This document shows, in pieces, positions 12,662-24,927 of a stretch of DNA of 64,000 nt. Below the pieces are notes generated by a model. That model worked only from the letters and a program-made list of their open reading frames with translations, made no database searches and was not told the DNA's origin. The translations under genes and the position numbers were made by a program. The number at the start of each line of letters is the position of its first letter. Position 1 is the first letter of the stretch. The stretch is taken from contig OX597815.1 in NCBI GenBank assembly GCA_951406725.2, forward strand, positions 119,908,001-119,972,000. The letters are read 5' to 3'. This stretch comes from Octopus vulgaris. Lineage: Eukaryota.

Positions 12662-13085
12662 AGGCATAGGAGTGGCTGTGTGGTAAGTAGCTTGCTTACG
12701 AACCACATGGTTCTGGGTTCAATCCTACTGCGTGGCACTTTGGGCAAGTGTCTTCTACTATAGCCTCAGGCTGACCAAAGCCTTGTGGGTGGATTTGGTA
12801 GTCAGAAACTGAAAGAAGCCCATTGTATATATGTATATGTGTGCGTGTGTGTGTGTGTGTGTGTGTATGTGTGTGTGTGTGTGTGTGTGTCTGTGTTTGT
12901 CCCCCCAACATCGCTTGACAACCGATGCTGGTGTGTTTACGTCCCCATAACTTAGCAGTTCGGCAAAAGAGACAGATAGAATAACTACTAGGCTTACAAA
13001 AATAAGTACTGGGGTCAATTTGCTCGACTAAAGGCAGTGCTCCAGCATGGCCACAGTCAAATGACTGAAATAAGTAAAAGAGAAA
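12662..13085 (+). mobile_element. tRNA-derived SINE family B, full length
   Basis: A-box-like GGAGTGGCTGTGTGGTAAG, B-box-like GGTTCAATCC, CORE-like TTGGGCAAGTG, internal (TG)n, 3' CTCCAGCATGGCCACAGTC..TGACTGAAA; other copies at ~11468, 12275, 23480, 32980, 34346, 38160, 39976, 51906, 53680, 55565, 60255, 60890. Confidence 0.85.
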
Positions 13086-13472
13086 AAAGAGATGATGATG
13101 ATGATGATGTATATATTTTTGTCTGTGTTTATCCCCCCCACCATCGCTTGTCCCCTCCTGTCACTTGACAACTGATCCTGATGTGATTATGTCCCCATAA
13201 ACTAGCATTTCAGCAAAGGAGACTGATAAAATAAGTACCAAGTTTATAAAGAATAAGCCATGGAGTCATTTAGTTCAACTAAAAGGCAGTGCTCCAGCAT
13301 GGCCGCACTCAAGTGAGTAAAACAAGTAAAAGAATATATGTATGTATGTATGCATGTATGTATGTATATGTGCATCTGTCTGTCTGTTTGTTTATCTATG
13401 TCACTATCGATATCTAGCCATTTCACACACATATACACACACAAGCACGCACACACACATGCACACACCCAT

Positions 13473-13507
<35 letters not shown>

Positions 13508-14279
13508 AGATACACAATTGTCTACTTGATCCCTTTTAAAAGCAGCAACCTTCAATCTACTTCAAATTAGGTCACAGATATCAAAGTTAAAAACTTCTGA
13601 TTTAATAATATCAAGATCTATTGGTTCACCTGAAGACAAGTTGCCAGCTGGCCTCTTGCCAGATGGTATACTTTGAGAGAAATTTTCAGTCAGCAAAAAT
13701 GAAAAGTTGGTCACCAAAGAAAGAATTATAAAGCAAATTTATTGTTTCTTAATAAAATAATGTCTCTTTAATTTGTTCCTCATTTATGTGTCCCACATTT
13801 TCTATGCTGGCTTGGGCTGAAAGTAAAATCTTGAAGTTGCATTTAACAACTGGATGCCTCTCCTGTTGCTAACCCTTGTCTTATTTTTAATCATGTAAAG
13901 TGTTATTCATCTGACTGTTGCACATTGAAACCACTGATCTGCAAGTTATAACTGCCCGTGTGGAACATACAGAAACATTCTCCACTGCTCATGTGGAACC
14001 AGCACTCATGAGCTCACCTTGAAACTTGCATGACTTAAGGGCCTCTTTATGTCCTTATTACAGACAGAGAATAGAAGAGATATAGATAGAGGGAGAAAGA
14101 GAGAGAGAGAGAGAATGAGAGAGAGAGAGATGAATGAGAGAGAGAGAGAGAGAATGAGAGAGAGAGAGATGAGAGAGAGAGAAAGATGGTTTTATCAAGG
14201 TGATGAGACAGAGTAAAGTACTAACTGTGACAATCCATCCAACTCATGGAGACAAATATTCAAGCACATACATACCTAA

Positions 14280-14706
14280 AGTTACTCTATCCAGATTACA
14301 AGTTCAGGTTTATACCTGTAATTACTGGAGCACTGGGATTCTCTGCTATATACCAATCTTGAGAAATTAGACTTCTCAAAACCAGAAAGGAGAAAGCTGA
14401 TTCAAAGACTACAGATTTAAGCCATCAGTGGAACTGTAAAAATCAGTAAAACTTTCCAGAATTTTATCATTTTATATATATATTATATATGAGCATGTCT
14501 AGATATGTAACTATATGCAATGAAAATATATACATAAATCTGCACATCTACATACATACATACATACATACATACATACATACATACATACATACATACA
14601 TACCCTGTTGTTGATGTTGAAATTTCAATGAAGGAGCCTTGGATCTAGGTTAGAAACCAATTCTTTCTCTATTGGTAAGAAACCTTGAAATAAAACTGAA
14701 TAATGA
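14280..14706 (+). mobile_element. R4/Dong-like RLE retrotransposon, 5'-truncated 3' end
   Basis: LLYPDYKFRFIPVITGALG..NLEKLDFSKPERRKLIQRLQI*AISGTVKI; 3' end AATAAAACTGAATAATGA; ACATACATAC on both flanks. Confidence 0.75.
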
Positions 14707-14734
14707 CATACATACAATTATAGGCCCTCATGCC

Positions 14735-15050
14735 TATACAACGATGAGGGTTCCAGTTGATCTGATCAATGGAACAGCTTGTTCATGAAATTGCTTGTGA
14801 AATTAACGTGCAAGTGGTTGAGCACTCCACAAACACACGTACTTTTAATGTAGTTCTCAGGGAGATTCAGCGTGACACAGGTGTGACAAGGCTGGCCCTT
14901 TGAAATACAAGTACAACTCATTTTTGCCAGCTGAGTGGACTGGAGCAATGTGAAATAAAGTATCTTGCTCAAGGACAACCCACTACCAGGAATTGAACTC
15001 ATGACCTTATGACAATGACTACCCTAACCACTAAGCTATGTACCTTGCTA
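14735..15050 (-). mobile_element. SINE family C, near full length
   Basis: Matches 3090-3610 and 41535-41830. Confidence 0.8.
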
Positions 15051-15354
15051 GATGGTAAAGACATACATACACACATACATATGGCACCATCAACGTTGGA
15101 CATGCAGGTGTAGGGAACCATTTAAAAGTCTATTTTGAATGCCTTCCACTAGAAATATGCCAATTTCTCCAGCCTAAATTGGTAACTGGTTTATTTCTTC
15201 AATAATTAATAAGAGAAGCATATTTTACTCACCAATGTAGTGTTATCCTGAAGAGATTTTAAAATATACATCTACACCATGTGAAATCTTGCTAACACGA
15301 TTATGGCTGACACTAACACCACCACAGATGAAGCTAACAACGTCACTACGAATG

Positions 15355-15545
15355 AAAACAGAACTACTAATCTGGATAAACTGGGATTTTCAGAAAGAGA
15401 AATCAACCGGATAGTTTGTACATTATAAGTGCAATCTATGAGTGGAACAGTAAAAATATGCAAGACTTTCTCAAGTTCCAAATGTGAATTTGTCTGTGTT
15501 AACTACATCCTCAATGGAAGATTTATAATTAAAAAACAGAAGAAA
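15355..15545 (+). mobile_element. R4/Dong-like C-terminal fragment (second subfamily)
   Basis: TNLDKLGFSEREINRIVCTL*VQSMSGTVKICKTF; followed by CATA-rich tract. Confidence 0.65.
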
Positions 15546-15869
15546 TGTTCATACATGCATACATACATACTTACATACATACATATGTTCATATGTACAT
15601 ATGTACATACGTACATATGTACATACAAACGTACTTACGTATACATACATAATACATATGCACATAGATACATACGTACATACATACATCCATACATACA
15701 TGCACATATACATACAGACATATCTACTACTTACCTATCTACACACCTACCTACCTACCTACCCATCCACATACATAAATACATACATACCTACCTACAT
15801 ACATACATATAGACAGATAGAGAGGTACACAGATACAATCAAACATATATACATATATACATATATGCA

Positions 15870-16298
15870 GATGGCATGTGTGGAAGAGGGTGACCTTGGA
15901 AGACATGGGGGAGAATATTGAAGGCTGGTCTCCAAATGATGAGCCTTACGAAGATGACAAAGGAGTACATTACTGCACTCAAGACATCTGGCCCACCACA
16001 ACAGAACAGAACTGACATCCCAATATCACCTTGGTAATACTTGCCTATGAAGGGTACTGGTGTCATGTAACAGAGCACTAGTGATGGCACAACATAAGAC
16101 ACACTGGTACCAGTGCCACATATAAAAAAACATCCAGTACACTCTGTAAAACAGATGGTGTTAGAAAGGGCATCCAGCAGTAGAAAACGAACCAAAACAG
16201 ACAATGGAACCTGGTGTGGCTCTAGGCCTTGTCAGTTCTTGTCAAACTCTCCAACCCATGCCACCATGGAAAATGGACACTAAATGATGATGATGATA
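15870..16298 (+). mobile_element. Degenerate RTE 3' end
   Basis: CGRG*PWKTW motif, then 3' UTR GGGCATCCAGC.GTAGAAA and GAT tail. Confidence 0.65.
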
Positions 16299-16344
16299 AT
16301 ACATACATACATACATACATACATACATACATACATACATTTGG

Positions 16345-16500
16345 CCAGCTATTGTTGTGTAGGACCACAAGGAAATAATATGTTCTGTTGTGGAAATCAG
16401 CTGCCTTCTAGATACCAATGTGGTTCAAAAAATACAAGAAGAGGACATTTATGAACTACTGAAATCCTTATTTCATACTCTACAAATGACTACAATATCT
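16345..16500 (+). mobile_element. R4/Dong-like RLE endonuclease fragment
   Basis: VV*DHKEIICSVVEISCLLDTNVVQKIQE, homologous to 22700-22830; preceded by (CATA)n. Confidence 0.55.
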
Positions 16501-16641
16501 GGGACTATAATATGAGCAAGACCTTAAGATTCAAAGGATGACAAACAAAAAAAGATGCTTGACTTCACAACCTTGCTACCAAGCAGTTGCCCAGTCGAAA
16601 TTCATTCTTAATCATAAAGAGAAGGGAACCATATGTGTACT

Positions 16642-16713
<72 letters not shown>

Positions 16714-16789
16714 TATATATATATACACATTGGAGGCAAAGTGGCTGAGTTCCTTTTGAGTGTTGGGCCTCACAGAGTCAATGACCAGC

Positions 16790-18465
16790 AGATCATTCAC
16801 AACTTGCACATAGTCTTCTGAACTATGGTTGCCCAGGAAGTTATCACAAACTTTCTTGAATGACTCAAAGGCAAGCTTCTCTTTTCTCTTGAGATGTGTG
16901 ATGAAGGTTTCATCAAGTACAATTTTTCGAATTTGGGGACCTATGAAGAAACCTTCTTTAATTTTAGCTTGACTCAGGGAAGGGAACTTTTCTGCAAGAT
17001 ATTCAAATGCGGAGGATTCCTTGTCCAAGGCTTTCACAAATTGCTTAAACAAACCAAGTTTAATATGCAAAGGTGGTAAAAAAATTATATCACTTTTCAC
17101 AAGTGGTTTGTGCATGATGTGTTTTCCTTGCTCAATTTCATCTCGGATCGGCCAATCCTTGCATACATAATGTTCAGCTCTTGCCCCTGGAATTCCATAA
17201 GCACAAGAAGCAGTAAAATTTATTATAGCCAAGCTGAAGGCCAGTAAGCATGGCCACAACCTTAAAATCTGCACATATATGCCAGGTATGATCATCATAC
17301 TGTGTGCTTGTTAGAATTGCTTTCAGATTTTCATATGACCTTTTTATGGTTGTGCTATAAGCTATGGGAACAGAAGGCAGTGTTACCATTGTGTAGCAGA
17401 ACAGCTTTGATGCTGTCCTTGGATGCATCTATGAAAAGTTGCCAGTTGGTTTTATCATATGGTATTTCCTGTTGCTCAAAATGTTCAGTGATGTCATTAC
17501 AAAAGCATAAGTCATCCATCCTTCATTGTGAATAATGCAAGCAGATCCTCTATACGTTTTCTGTACAGGGTTATCTTCACTCCTTTCTCAAGAAGATTAC
17601 GTTCTTGAAGCCTTGATGCCAGAAACTCACTTTTTTCTTTGGTTAAATAAAGATCCCTGCATAAGTCATTTAGAGCCTCTTGAGAAAATGGTATTGGTTT
17701 ATTCTCGCTTTCTGGATCATTGGGCTCCACACATTCACCACTGGAATGTTCATCAGCACTGCTGGAACTCTGCATTTCTTGATCTGGAGGTTTGGGCACC
17801 GGTAAATTTTTTGAGTACTATACTTGGTGCATTGCTGATTGCAAATTTGGGTAAACAATGTGCTTCTTTTTCTTTGCTGTAGTACAGCCTGTAAAGTCAT
17901 GGTGACAGAAATAGCAATCATTAGAATGATCTTTCTGCTCATGCCAAATCATTGGAACACCAAACTTCATGTGAACATATTTTCCTGCATACCAGGCATT
18001 CAATGTCTTCACACACATAAGGCAACACACGTGAGGAGCCCATGACTTATTCTGGTCTCCTAAGTAGCAATCGAAGTACGCCTTGTATATTTTCTTGATA
18101 TTGCGCTTGTCTTTAGCAAAAGTCATTTCCACACAGATATAACAGAATCTGTTTGGATCATTTTTGTAGTCTTGCACTCACTGTTGAACACAAAAAAGAT
18201 CTGAAAGATAAAAATAACATTAAACACAAGCTTTGAATCACATTGTAGGTGTTACTAAGATTGGTCTCTAGCCCTGGGTTGAAACCCATTTTACAATGCG
18301 GTAGAGAATTTTATTTAATAATAATGACAAAAAGGGTATACAGTGACAATTCTGTAGAAACCATGCCTAATTCAACAAAAAGAAGGCCAGAAATGGATTT
18401 CCCATGTCATTTTGCATATAAAAATGGACACAGATCTCTTGTACTTTTCTGAGCATTGCACAGTG
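16790..18465 (-). mobile_element. Chapaev (CMC, Chapaev3-like) DNA transposon with frameshifted transposase pseudogene, 3'-truncated
   Basis: ORF pieces NDPNRFCYICVE..YKAYFDCYLGDQNKSWAPHVCCLMC..FGVPMIWHEQKDHSNDCYFC; FSQEALNDLCRDLYLTKEKSEFLASRLQERNLL; WHICADFKVVAMLTGLQLGYNKFYCFLCLW; LPPLHIKLGLFKQFVKAL; putative terminus CACTGTG at 18465 flanked by TAA; superfamily assignment from recall of these motifs. Confidence 0.75.
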
Positions 18466-18488
18466 TAATTGAAACCTTCCTGTTTTTC

Positions 18489-18698
18489 CCCTTTAGCATT
18501 CAAACCAACCATGTCCAGCCCAAATATTCTGCATGCTTTATGTTCAAACTGACCAGATCCACCTACCCTATGGTATCATTCCAAAAATAAAAAATCACAT
18601 GGTAGAAACCTTAAAGTTAAAACAATGCATTATTCGTAAAAAATAATGTGAATAAAGAAGCATTAGATTTGCCAGAATAATTTGAGTGATAAAGGGTT
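18489..18698. mobile_element. Short MITE with CCCTTT..AAAGGG termini (piggyBac-like)
   Basis: CCCTTTAGCATTCAAA / TTTGAGTGATAAAGGG imperfect TIR. Confidence 0.55.
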
Positions 18699-19904
18699 GA
18701 ATTGTTCTTTTCCTAAATCAAAATCTTACAAGATATTCCAAGAATTTTTTGTTATATTGCAAATGCATAGCTTAATGATTATAAGAATGGGTTATTCTCT
18801 TAACCTTTACAATCTTCAAATTCCCAGTTAATTTCAATATTAATTGAAAGACACGGACGGACTGTTTCTTTGGAAATATGGTTGCAAATATGTTAAAAGA
18901 TTTTCCACATAATTTTCAAAAAATGCCAGCAAAAAAAAGGGAAGTTTCACCTTGGTTTAATTTAAGGAATTGCAGCTCAGTTGTCGTCGTCGTCCTCCTC
19001 CTCCTCATCTCCTCACTTCCTCCTCCTCCTCTCATCCTCCCTCTTGCATGCTACCTCTCCCTCCCCCATCTTATTCCCCTCCATATTTCCTCCTCCTTCT
19101 TCATCTCCCTCCCCCTGTCCCTCCTCCGCCTTTTATTCCTTCCCCCACTCACCCCCTTTTATTCTCATCATCACAGCCATGACTGCTGCTATTGTCATCT
19201 TCACCACAGCTACTGATACTATCCCTCTTATTGTTGCTATCATTGTAGTCATCATCACCACCACCACTGCTGCCACCATCACCATCTTCGCCACCACCAC
19301 CAAAACCACCACCACCACCGCCGCCGCCGCCCCCACTTCCACCATTGCCAGCTGCCCCTCCATCATCATTAGTGATGGCATGAATAGAATGGAACCAACC
19401 AGTCTCTTGACAGAGACAATTCTAGGGCCTCCAGGCTTGTGTAAACAGCAAATTGGTGTCTTTATGTCATATTCCAGCTATGTTGATTCTATGAATGCAG
19501 AGAGAAGCATATGGATGGTCAAATCTTCTCTTAGAGTTTTTTAAAAGAAATATCCTTCAAGCAGGCAACTAAGGAAATACAATAATGGAACATCAAAGTA
19601 AATAAACATTGTAGTAATTCAACCTTTTACATTTTGAGTTCAAACCCTACTGAAGTCATAAGTAGTCAACCAGCATCTTAGTGAAAAAACTAGTTACAAC
19701 ATTCAAAATATCTTGGCTCTAGGGCACCTTAGTCCTTTCTATACCAAACTGTCTAAAACCACCTCTGGCTTAGTAGTACAAATGTTTTGTTTTCATAGGT
19801 TTTTAATTAAAATCTTCCATTGAACCTTGGTCACAATTTATGTTCCTAACACTAGCTTAATGATAACTAAGTTATTTTACTAAATTCTTTGTTGTATTTC
19901 AAAT

Positions 19905-20294
19905 TAGAAAAGCACTCGGAGAGTGCAGACCTCCACCAAGCAGCTCATTTTAAGATAGATACGCAAGTAAAATTACTAATAGAGAAACGAAAATAAACTT
20001 TAGAAACAGCAACGCCACCATAGGTTACATGGAAACAATGAACGTGTTTTCAAGGGAGATAATCAAAGAGTGTAACAATACTTCATGTAAAGTAAATATA
20101 ACAACTGAAAACTCCTTCAAGAATCCATAAAAATTCTTGGATCACTACCAAAATTTCGTCATCTGTTCCTTGTGTTATTTTCTGCAAGTTTCATCAAATA
20201 CCGTTCACAACTTTTTGAGTTATTTTGCAAACAGACAGACAGACGGACAAACTAATGTTGATGAAAACATAACCTCCTTCCTTGGCGGAGGTAA
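19905..20294 (-). mobile_element. Non-autonomous Helentron (HINE/DINE-1-like)
   Basis: subTIRs ACCTCCGCCAAG / CTTGGTGGAGGT, internal (GTCT)n, terminal hairpin GCACTC-TCC-GAGTGC, inserted in a T/A run. Confidence 0.75.
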
Positions 20295-20702
20295 TTAATT
20301 GAAAGAAACACAGAGTATCTCAAAAGAAATACAGTTATGAAAGGGTTAACCCATTTGATACCAGCCTGCCTGAGACTGCCCTTGGTTTTCACATAAGGTT
20401 CTTGTTTTAAAGAGATCTAAACTAAATCTTCCATTACAATTTTGCATTAAATTTATGTTCCAAACACAATCATAATAATGACAAAAGTTATTTTATTAAA
20501 TTCTTCATAATTTTCTCAATGAATTGAAACACAAAAAGTGTATTTCAACAGAAATATGGTAACAAAAGGGTTATCCATTTGATACAGTCATACTTGATAC
20601 TGCTCCTGGTTTTATTACATTAGATTCCTGTTTTAAAGGGATCTAAACCTCCCATCAAAATTTGATGTTAATTCATGTTCTTAACATAATCTTTATATAC
20701 CC

Positions 20703-20913
20703 TTTCTGCTACAGGAACAAAGCCTGAATTTTTTGGGGAAGCTACTAGTTGATTACATTGACCCCAGTGTTTCACTTGTTCTTAATATTGACCCCAAAAG
20801 GATGGAAGGCAAAATTGGCCTTGGTGGAATTTGAACACAGAATGTAAGGACAAACAAAATGCTGCTAAGCATTTTACCCAGTGTGCTAATGCTTCTGCCA
20901 GCTTGCTACCTTA
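20703..20913 (-). mobile_element. SINE family A nested in MITE unit
   Basis: Matches family A reverse complement. Confidence 0.7.
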
Positions 20914-22214
20914 GACACAAACACAATCTTAATAATGACAAAAAGTTATTTTATTAAATTCTTCCTTATTTCCACAATGAATTGAAACACAAGCGGTGTA
21001 TTTCAACAGAAACAGGGTAAAAGTGGTTGCCTATTTGACATAATCCCACTTGAGACTGCTCCTGGTTTTATGACATAAAGTCCCTGTTTTAAAGTAACCT
21101 GAATTAAAACCCTCCATAATGAACTGAAACACAAGCAGTGTATTTCAACAAAAATATGATAACAAAAGGGGTTAAACATGTAGAAAGGTTGTAATGCAGA
21201 TGGTAGCACAGAATTTTGGCAGCTGAAGGCCCAACTCACTTAGAGTGCAAGAAATTAAGGACCAAAACACTTGCATGTGGGGGAGGTAGAAGCTTCTCTG
21301 AAGACTTTCAGCTTAACCTAGATTTTCTCACCACCATATACTATCAAAAATAAAAAAGGATCAAAGTTCCTTTCTGAGCCATAGGTTTATAAGGCTAGTT
21401 TTCCTGGATTCAGTGGTGTATATATTCCTCCACTTGAGAGAATGGTGGTCCACGGCAGGATCATTTGTTTTGCCCGCTGAATGGACTGGATCAACATGAG
21501 ATGATGTGTTTTGCTCAAGAACACAACACTGCCTAGCCCAGGAATTGAAACCACAATCTCATGATCATGAGTGCAACATCCAAACCATTAAGCTGTCAAG
21601 CACTATATTGGGTCATTTCAGCAAACCATAGCTCTTTCATGCAATTCCTTACCCTGGAACTAATGTGAGAGAATCATTAATTATCAGTTCCTGCATTTCA
21701 CTCTATTTTATCTTATCTGTTGTGTCACCAAACTTTCCCCCACATATATCAGGTATATACGGGTTGAAGCCTATTTTATTTGTTTATTTATCAATTTAGT
21801 TTATTAACTCACAATTGGTAAACAATTCATATTGTTGGTTACAAGTTTCCAAAAGGCTAGTTGTTGGTTCACTGCATTTCTGATAGTATGAGTGACAAGA
21901 GATTGCCAATATTTCCTCTTTGTGTGCCAACATCAATGTTGGCACACATACATACATATATGGTGGTGGCTGTTGACTCATAACATAAGTATGACCATTG
22001 TTGACATATTGTTTCATTCCTAGATGTTAAAGACCATGGCTGTCAGCAATGCTCTTGCTGAAATTTAAACTCAATAACAGCTTGCATAACACCTACCTAC
22101 CAGCTTATCTACCTGCCTACTTACCTACCTACCTACTTACCTACCTATATACCTACCTACATACATACATACATACATACATACATACATACATACATAC
22201 ATACATGCATAAAT

Positions 22215-23130
22215 ATACCCCAAAAGAAAGCCTGTATGAAAAACTCAGTATTCCAAAAAATGACTACGCACAGGCATGTTTTCCAAAGGCTTGATGAAGA
22301 CAGTAATATTGATATGAAGCACAACCTACCTCTCTTGGACTCCTGACTGCCACATCACATTTTCTATCCAAGAACAGGAGATTGCTACTAAATACCTAAT
22401 CAACAAAAGAGACAGTGAAGCCAATGGAGTTCCAAGATGCAACTGAAAATGTAGATTATGTCATGTTTCTGTAGAAGACATCACACGTGATTAGCAGCTG
22501 CCCCAAAATGTCATCAAGTTACTACCTCTCTATGTGACATGATGTTGTTGCTAAAACAATAGACAATACCATCCAGAAAGAAGACTGTTCTGGATTAAAT
22601 ATAGAAATTCCCACCACCACTGTTATTGAATACATACAAGAACATCAATACAAAGAATATTGATAGACATTCCTATCAAAACTACTCTCAAGTGTAAACA
22701 TAACAGTCCAGATGTTGTTGTTTGGTTCAGACAAGGAAATGTATGTACTGTTATAGAGGTTAACTGTCCTGCAAATGTCAATATCTCTTCAAAAATTAAA
22801 GAGAAAAAAGATAGCTATGAACAGTTACTTCGAAACCGCCAGATTCTAAAGCAAGATTATAAATTCACATTTATATCAATAATAATTGGTGCACTTATTT
22901 TGTGAGTCAATACCTAAGTGACAATCTAGAAAAACTAGGGCTTTCGGAAAAAGAAATCAACTAGTTAGTTACAAATACAATCTGTAAGTGGTACAATAAA
23001 AATATGCAAGACATTTCTCAAGTTTAAAATGATACTTTGTTTTTATTATTTGCATTCTAATGATGGAGCTTTGAATTTTTGTTAGAAACGATTCCTTCCT
23101 TGGAGGAAGAATTCAAATAATCAAAAAGAG
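22215..23130 (+). mobile_element. R4/Dong-like non-LTR retrotransposon C-terminus: CCHC knuckle plus restriction-like endonuclease, decayed
   Basis: IQEQEIATKYLINKRD..KCRLCHVSVEDITH..SCPKMSSSYYLSM*HDVVAK..KHNSPDVVVW..CTVIEVNCPANVNISSKIKEKKDSY (PD..E RLE motif). Confidence 0.8.
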
Positions 23131-23249
23131 AAGAGATCATTTGTACACAAATTCAGTAGAAGATATTACACATGATTAACAACTGGCTGAAAATATCATC
23201 TAGCTACTATTTCCTATTGCAACATGATGCTATTGTGAAATCAGTATGG

Positions 23250-23470
23250 TATACCATCCATTGAAAAGACTGCCCTGAGATAAATATAGGGAACATCTCT
23301 GTTCTGAACATATACATACCTATCAACACAAGGAATATTGGTTGAACGTTTCATCAAAACAACTATAAGCATAACAGGCCTGATATTTGTATGGAACAGG
23401 AAAAAAAAATCATGGGCAGTTAAAGAGATATGCAGCAGATACAAACATTTTTTCTAAAATCAAAAACAAA
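23250..23470 (+). mobile_element. Additional R4/Dong-like RLE fragment
   Basis: HKEYW..KHNRPDI..VWNRKKK across frameshifts. Confidence 0.55.
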
Positions 23471-23647
23471 TAAACAAATATGCAGAAGTGTGGCTGTGTG
23501 GTAAGAAGTTTGTTTGTCAGCCACATGGTTCTAGGTTCAGTCCCATTGTGTGGTACTTTGGGCAAGCATTTTCTACTATAGCCTTGAGCCAATCAAAGCC
23601 CTGTGAGTGGGTTTGATAGGCAGAAACTGAAAGAAGCTTGTTGTTAT

Positions 23648-24140
23648 TATCATCATCATCATCATCGTTTAACGTCTGTTTTCCATGCTAGCATGGGTTG
23701 CATGGTTCGACTGGGATCTAGGAAGCCAGAAGGCTGCACCAGGCTCCAGTCTGATCTGGTAGCGTTTCTACAGCTGGATGTCCTTCCTAATACCAACCAC
23801 TCCATGAGTGTAGTGGGTGCTTTTTATGTGCCACCGGTACAGGGGACAGGGGAGGCTGGCAATGCCACAATCGGTTGGTGCTTTTTATGTGCCACAGACA
23901 TGGAAGCCAGTCAAGGTGGCACTAGCAACGGCCACGTTCGAATTGTGCTTTTTAAGTTCCACCAGCATGGGTATCACAACTACAATTTCCATTTGATTTT
24001 TATTTTGATGTTGATGTACTTGACTCAATAGGTTACCTCAAGCACAGCAGGTAACCCTATGATCCAAGGTAAGCACAGCAGGTTGCCCTATGATCCAATG
24101 TACTTTTGAATGGCTGGGGCTGGTTATGCAAAACTGGTGT
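23648..24140 (-). mobile_element. RTE LINE 3' UTR remnant
   Basis: Matches RTE 3' end including UTR repeat units. Confidence 0.75.
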
Positions 24141-24350
24141 AGGATACATCATACAATTGCATTCTTTATCTTGTCTGAAGATGTGCATGACCCAGCTCCA
24201 GTGTCTGCATCTTGTATCATCGCTGACCCTGTTGGCACTTGTTGTCAGTTGTGCCACTTTGGATTTTTTACAGCCATTTGGTGCCGGGTATTCTCCTTAA
24301 GCATGTGAATTGGAGGCTGGCAATTGTTTTTTCTTCCATTGTTGTTATTT
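24140..24350 (-). mobile_element. Divergent RTE-type ORF2 fragment
   Basis: LQFTCLRRIPGTKW..TRCRHWSWVMHIFRQD. Confidence 0.5.
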
Positions 24351-24860
24351 TCCAGTTCCACATCTGTAACATAATACTGTTCAGAGGCAATGACAAGTGA
24401 CTAAGACTTTTGATGATTTGCCGTGCTTGAGAAGACACATCAATCTAAGTAAAATTGTAATCATGGCCAGTGCTGGTGACACGTAAAAGATACCTGTGCC
24501 AGTGACACAAGAGAGGTACTTAGTACACTCTATGGAGTAGTTGGCATTAGGAAGGGCATCTAGCCATAGAAACTACACTAAAACAGACTAAAGCTGGGTG
24601 CAGCTCTCTGGTTTATCAGTTCCTGTCAAACCATCTAATCCATGCCAGCATGGAAAATGGATGCTAAATGATGATGATGATGCTGATATATACAATGAGC
24701 TTCCACAGGTTTCCATTGACCAAATTCACTCACAAAGCATTGCTCAACTTGGGATTGTAGTAAAAGATACTTGCCCAAGGTGTCATGAAGTGGAAGTGAA
24801 CCCAAAATCATATGTTTGGGAAGTGAGCTTCTTAACTACACAGCCAAGCCTATATATATG

Positions 24861-24924
<64 letters not shown>

Positions 24925-24927
<3 letters not shown>

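Larger units (their letters stand above)
19733..21176 (+). mobile_element. Tandem array of four ~150-230 bp TTAA-type MITE units with nested HINE and SINE
   Basis: Units begin CC(C/T)(A/T)TTTGA-like and end AA(A)GGGTTA(A); shared internal GTTATTTTATTAAATTCTT and GTGTATTTCAACAGAAA. Confidence 0.65.

Noticed and set aside
16730-16790. Apparent tRNA-like head fused to an RTE tail (also at 25233)
   Set aside because: At 25222 it is better explained as a short tandem duplication of the RTE sequence TTGGGCCTCACGGAGGCAA
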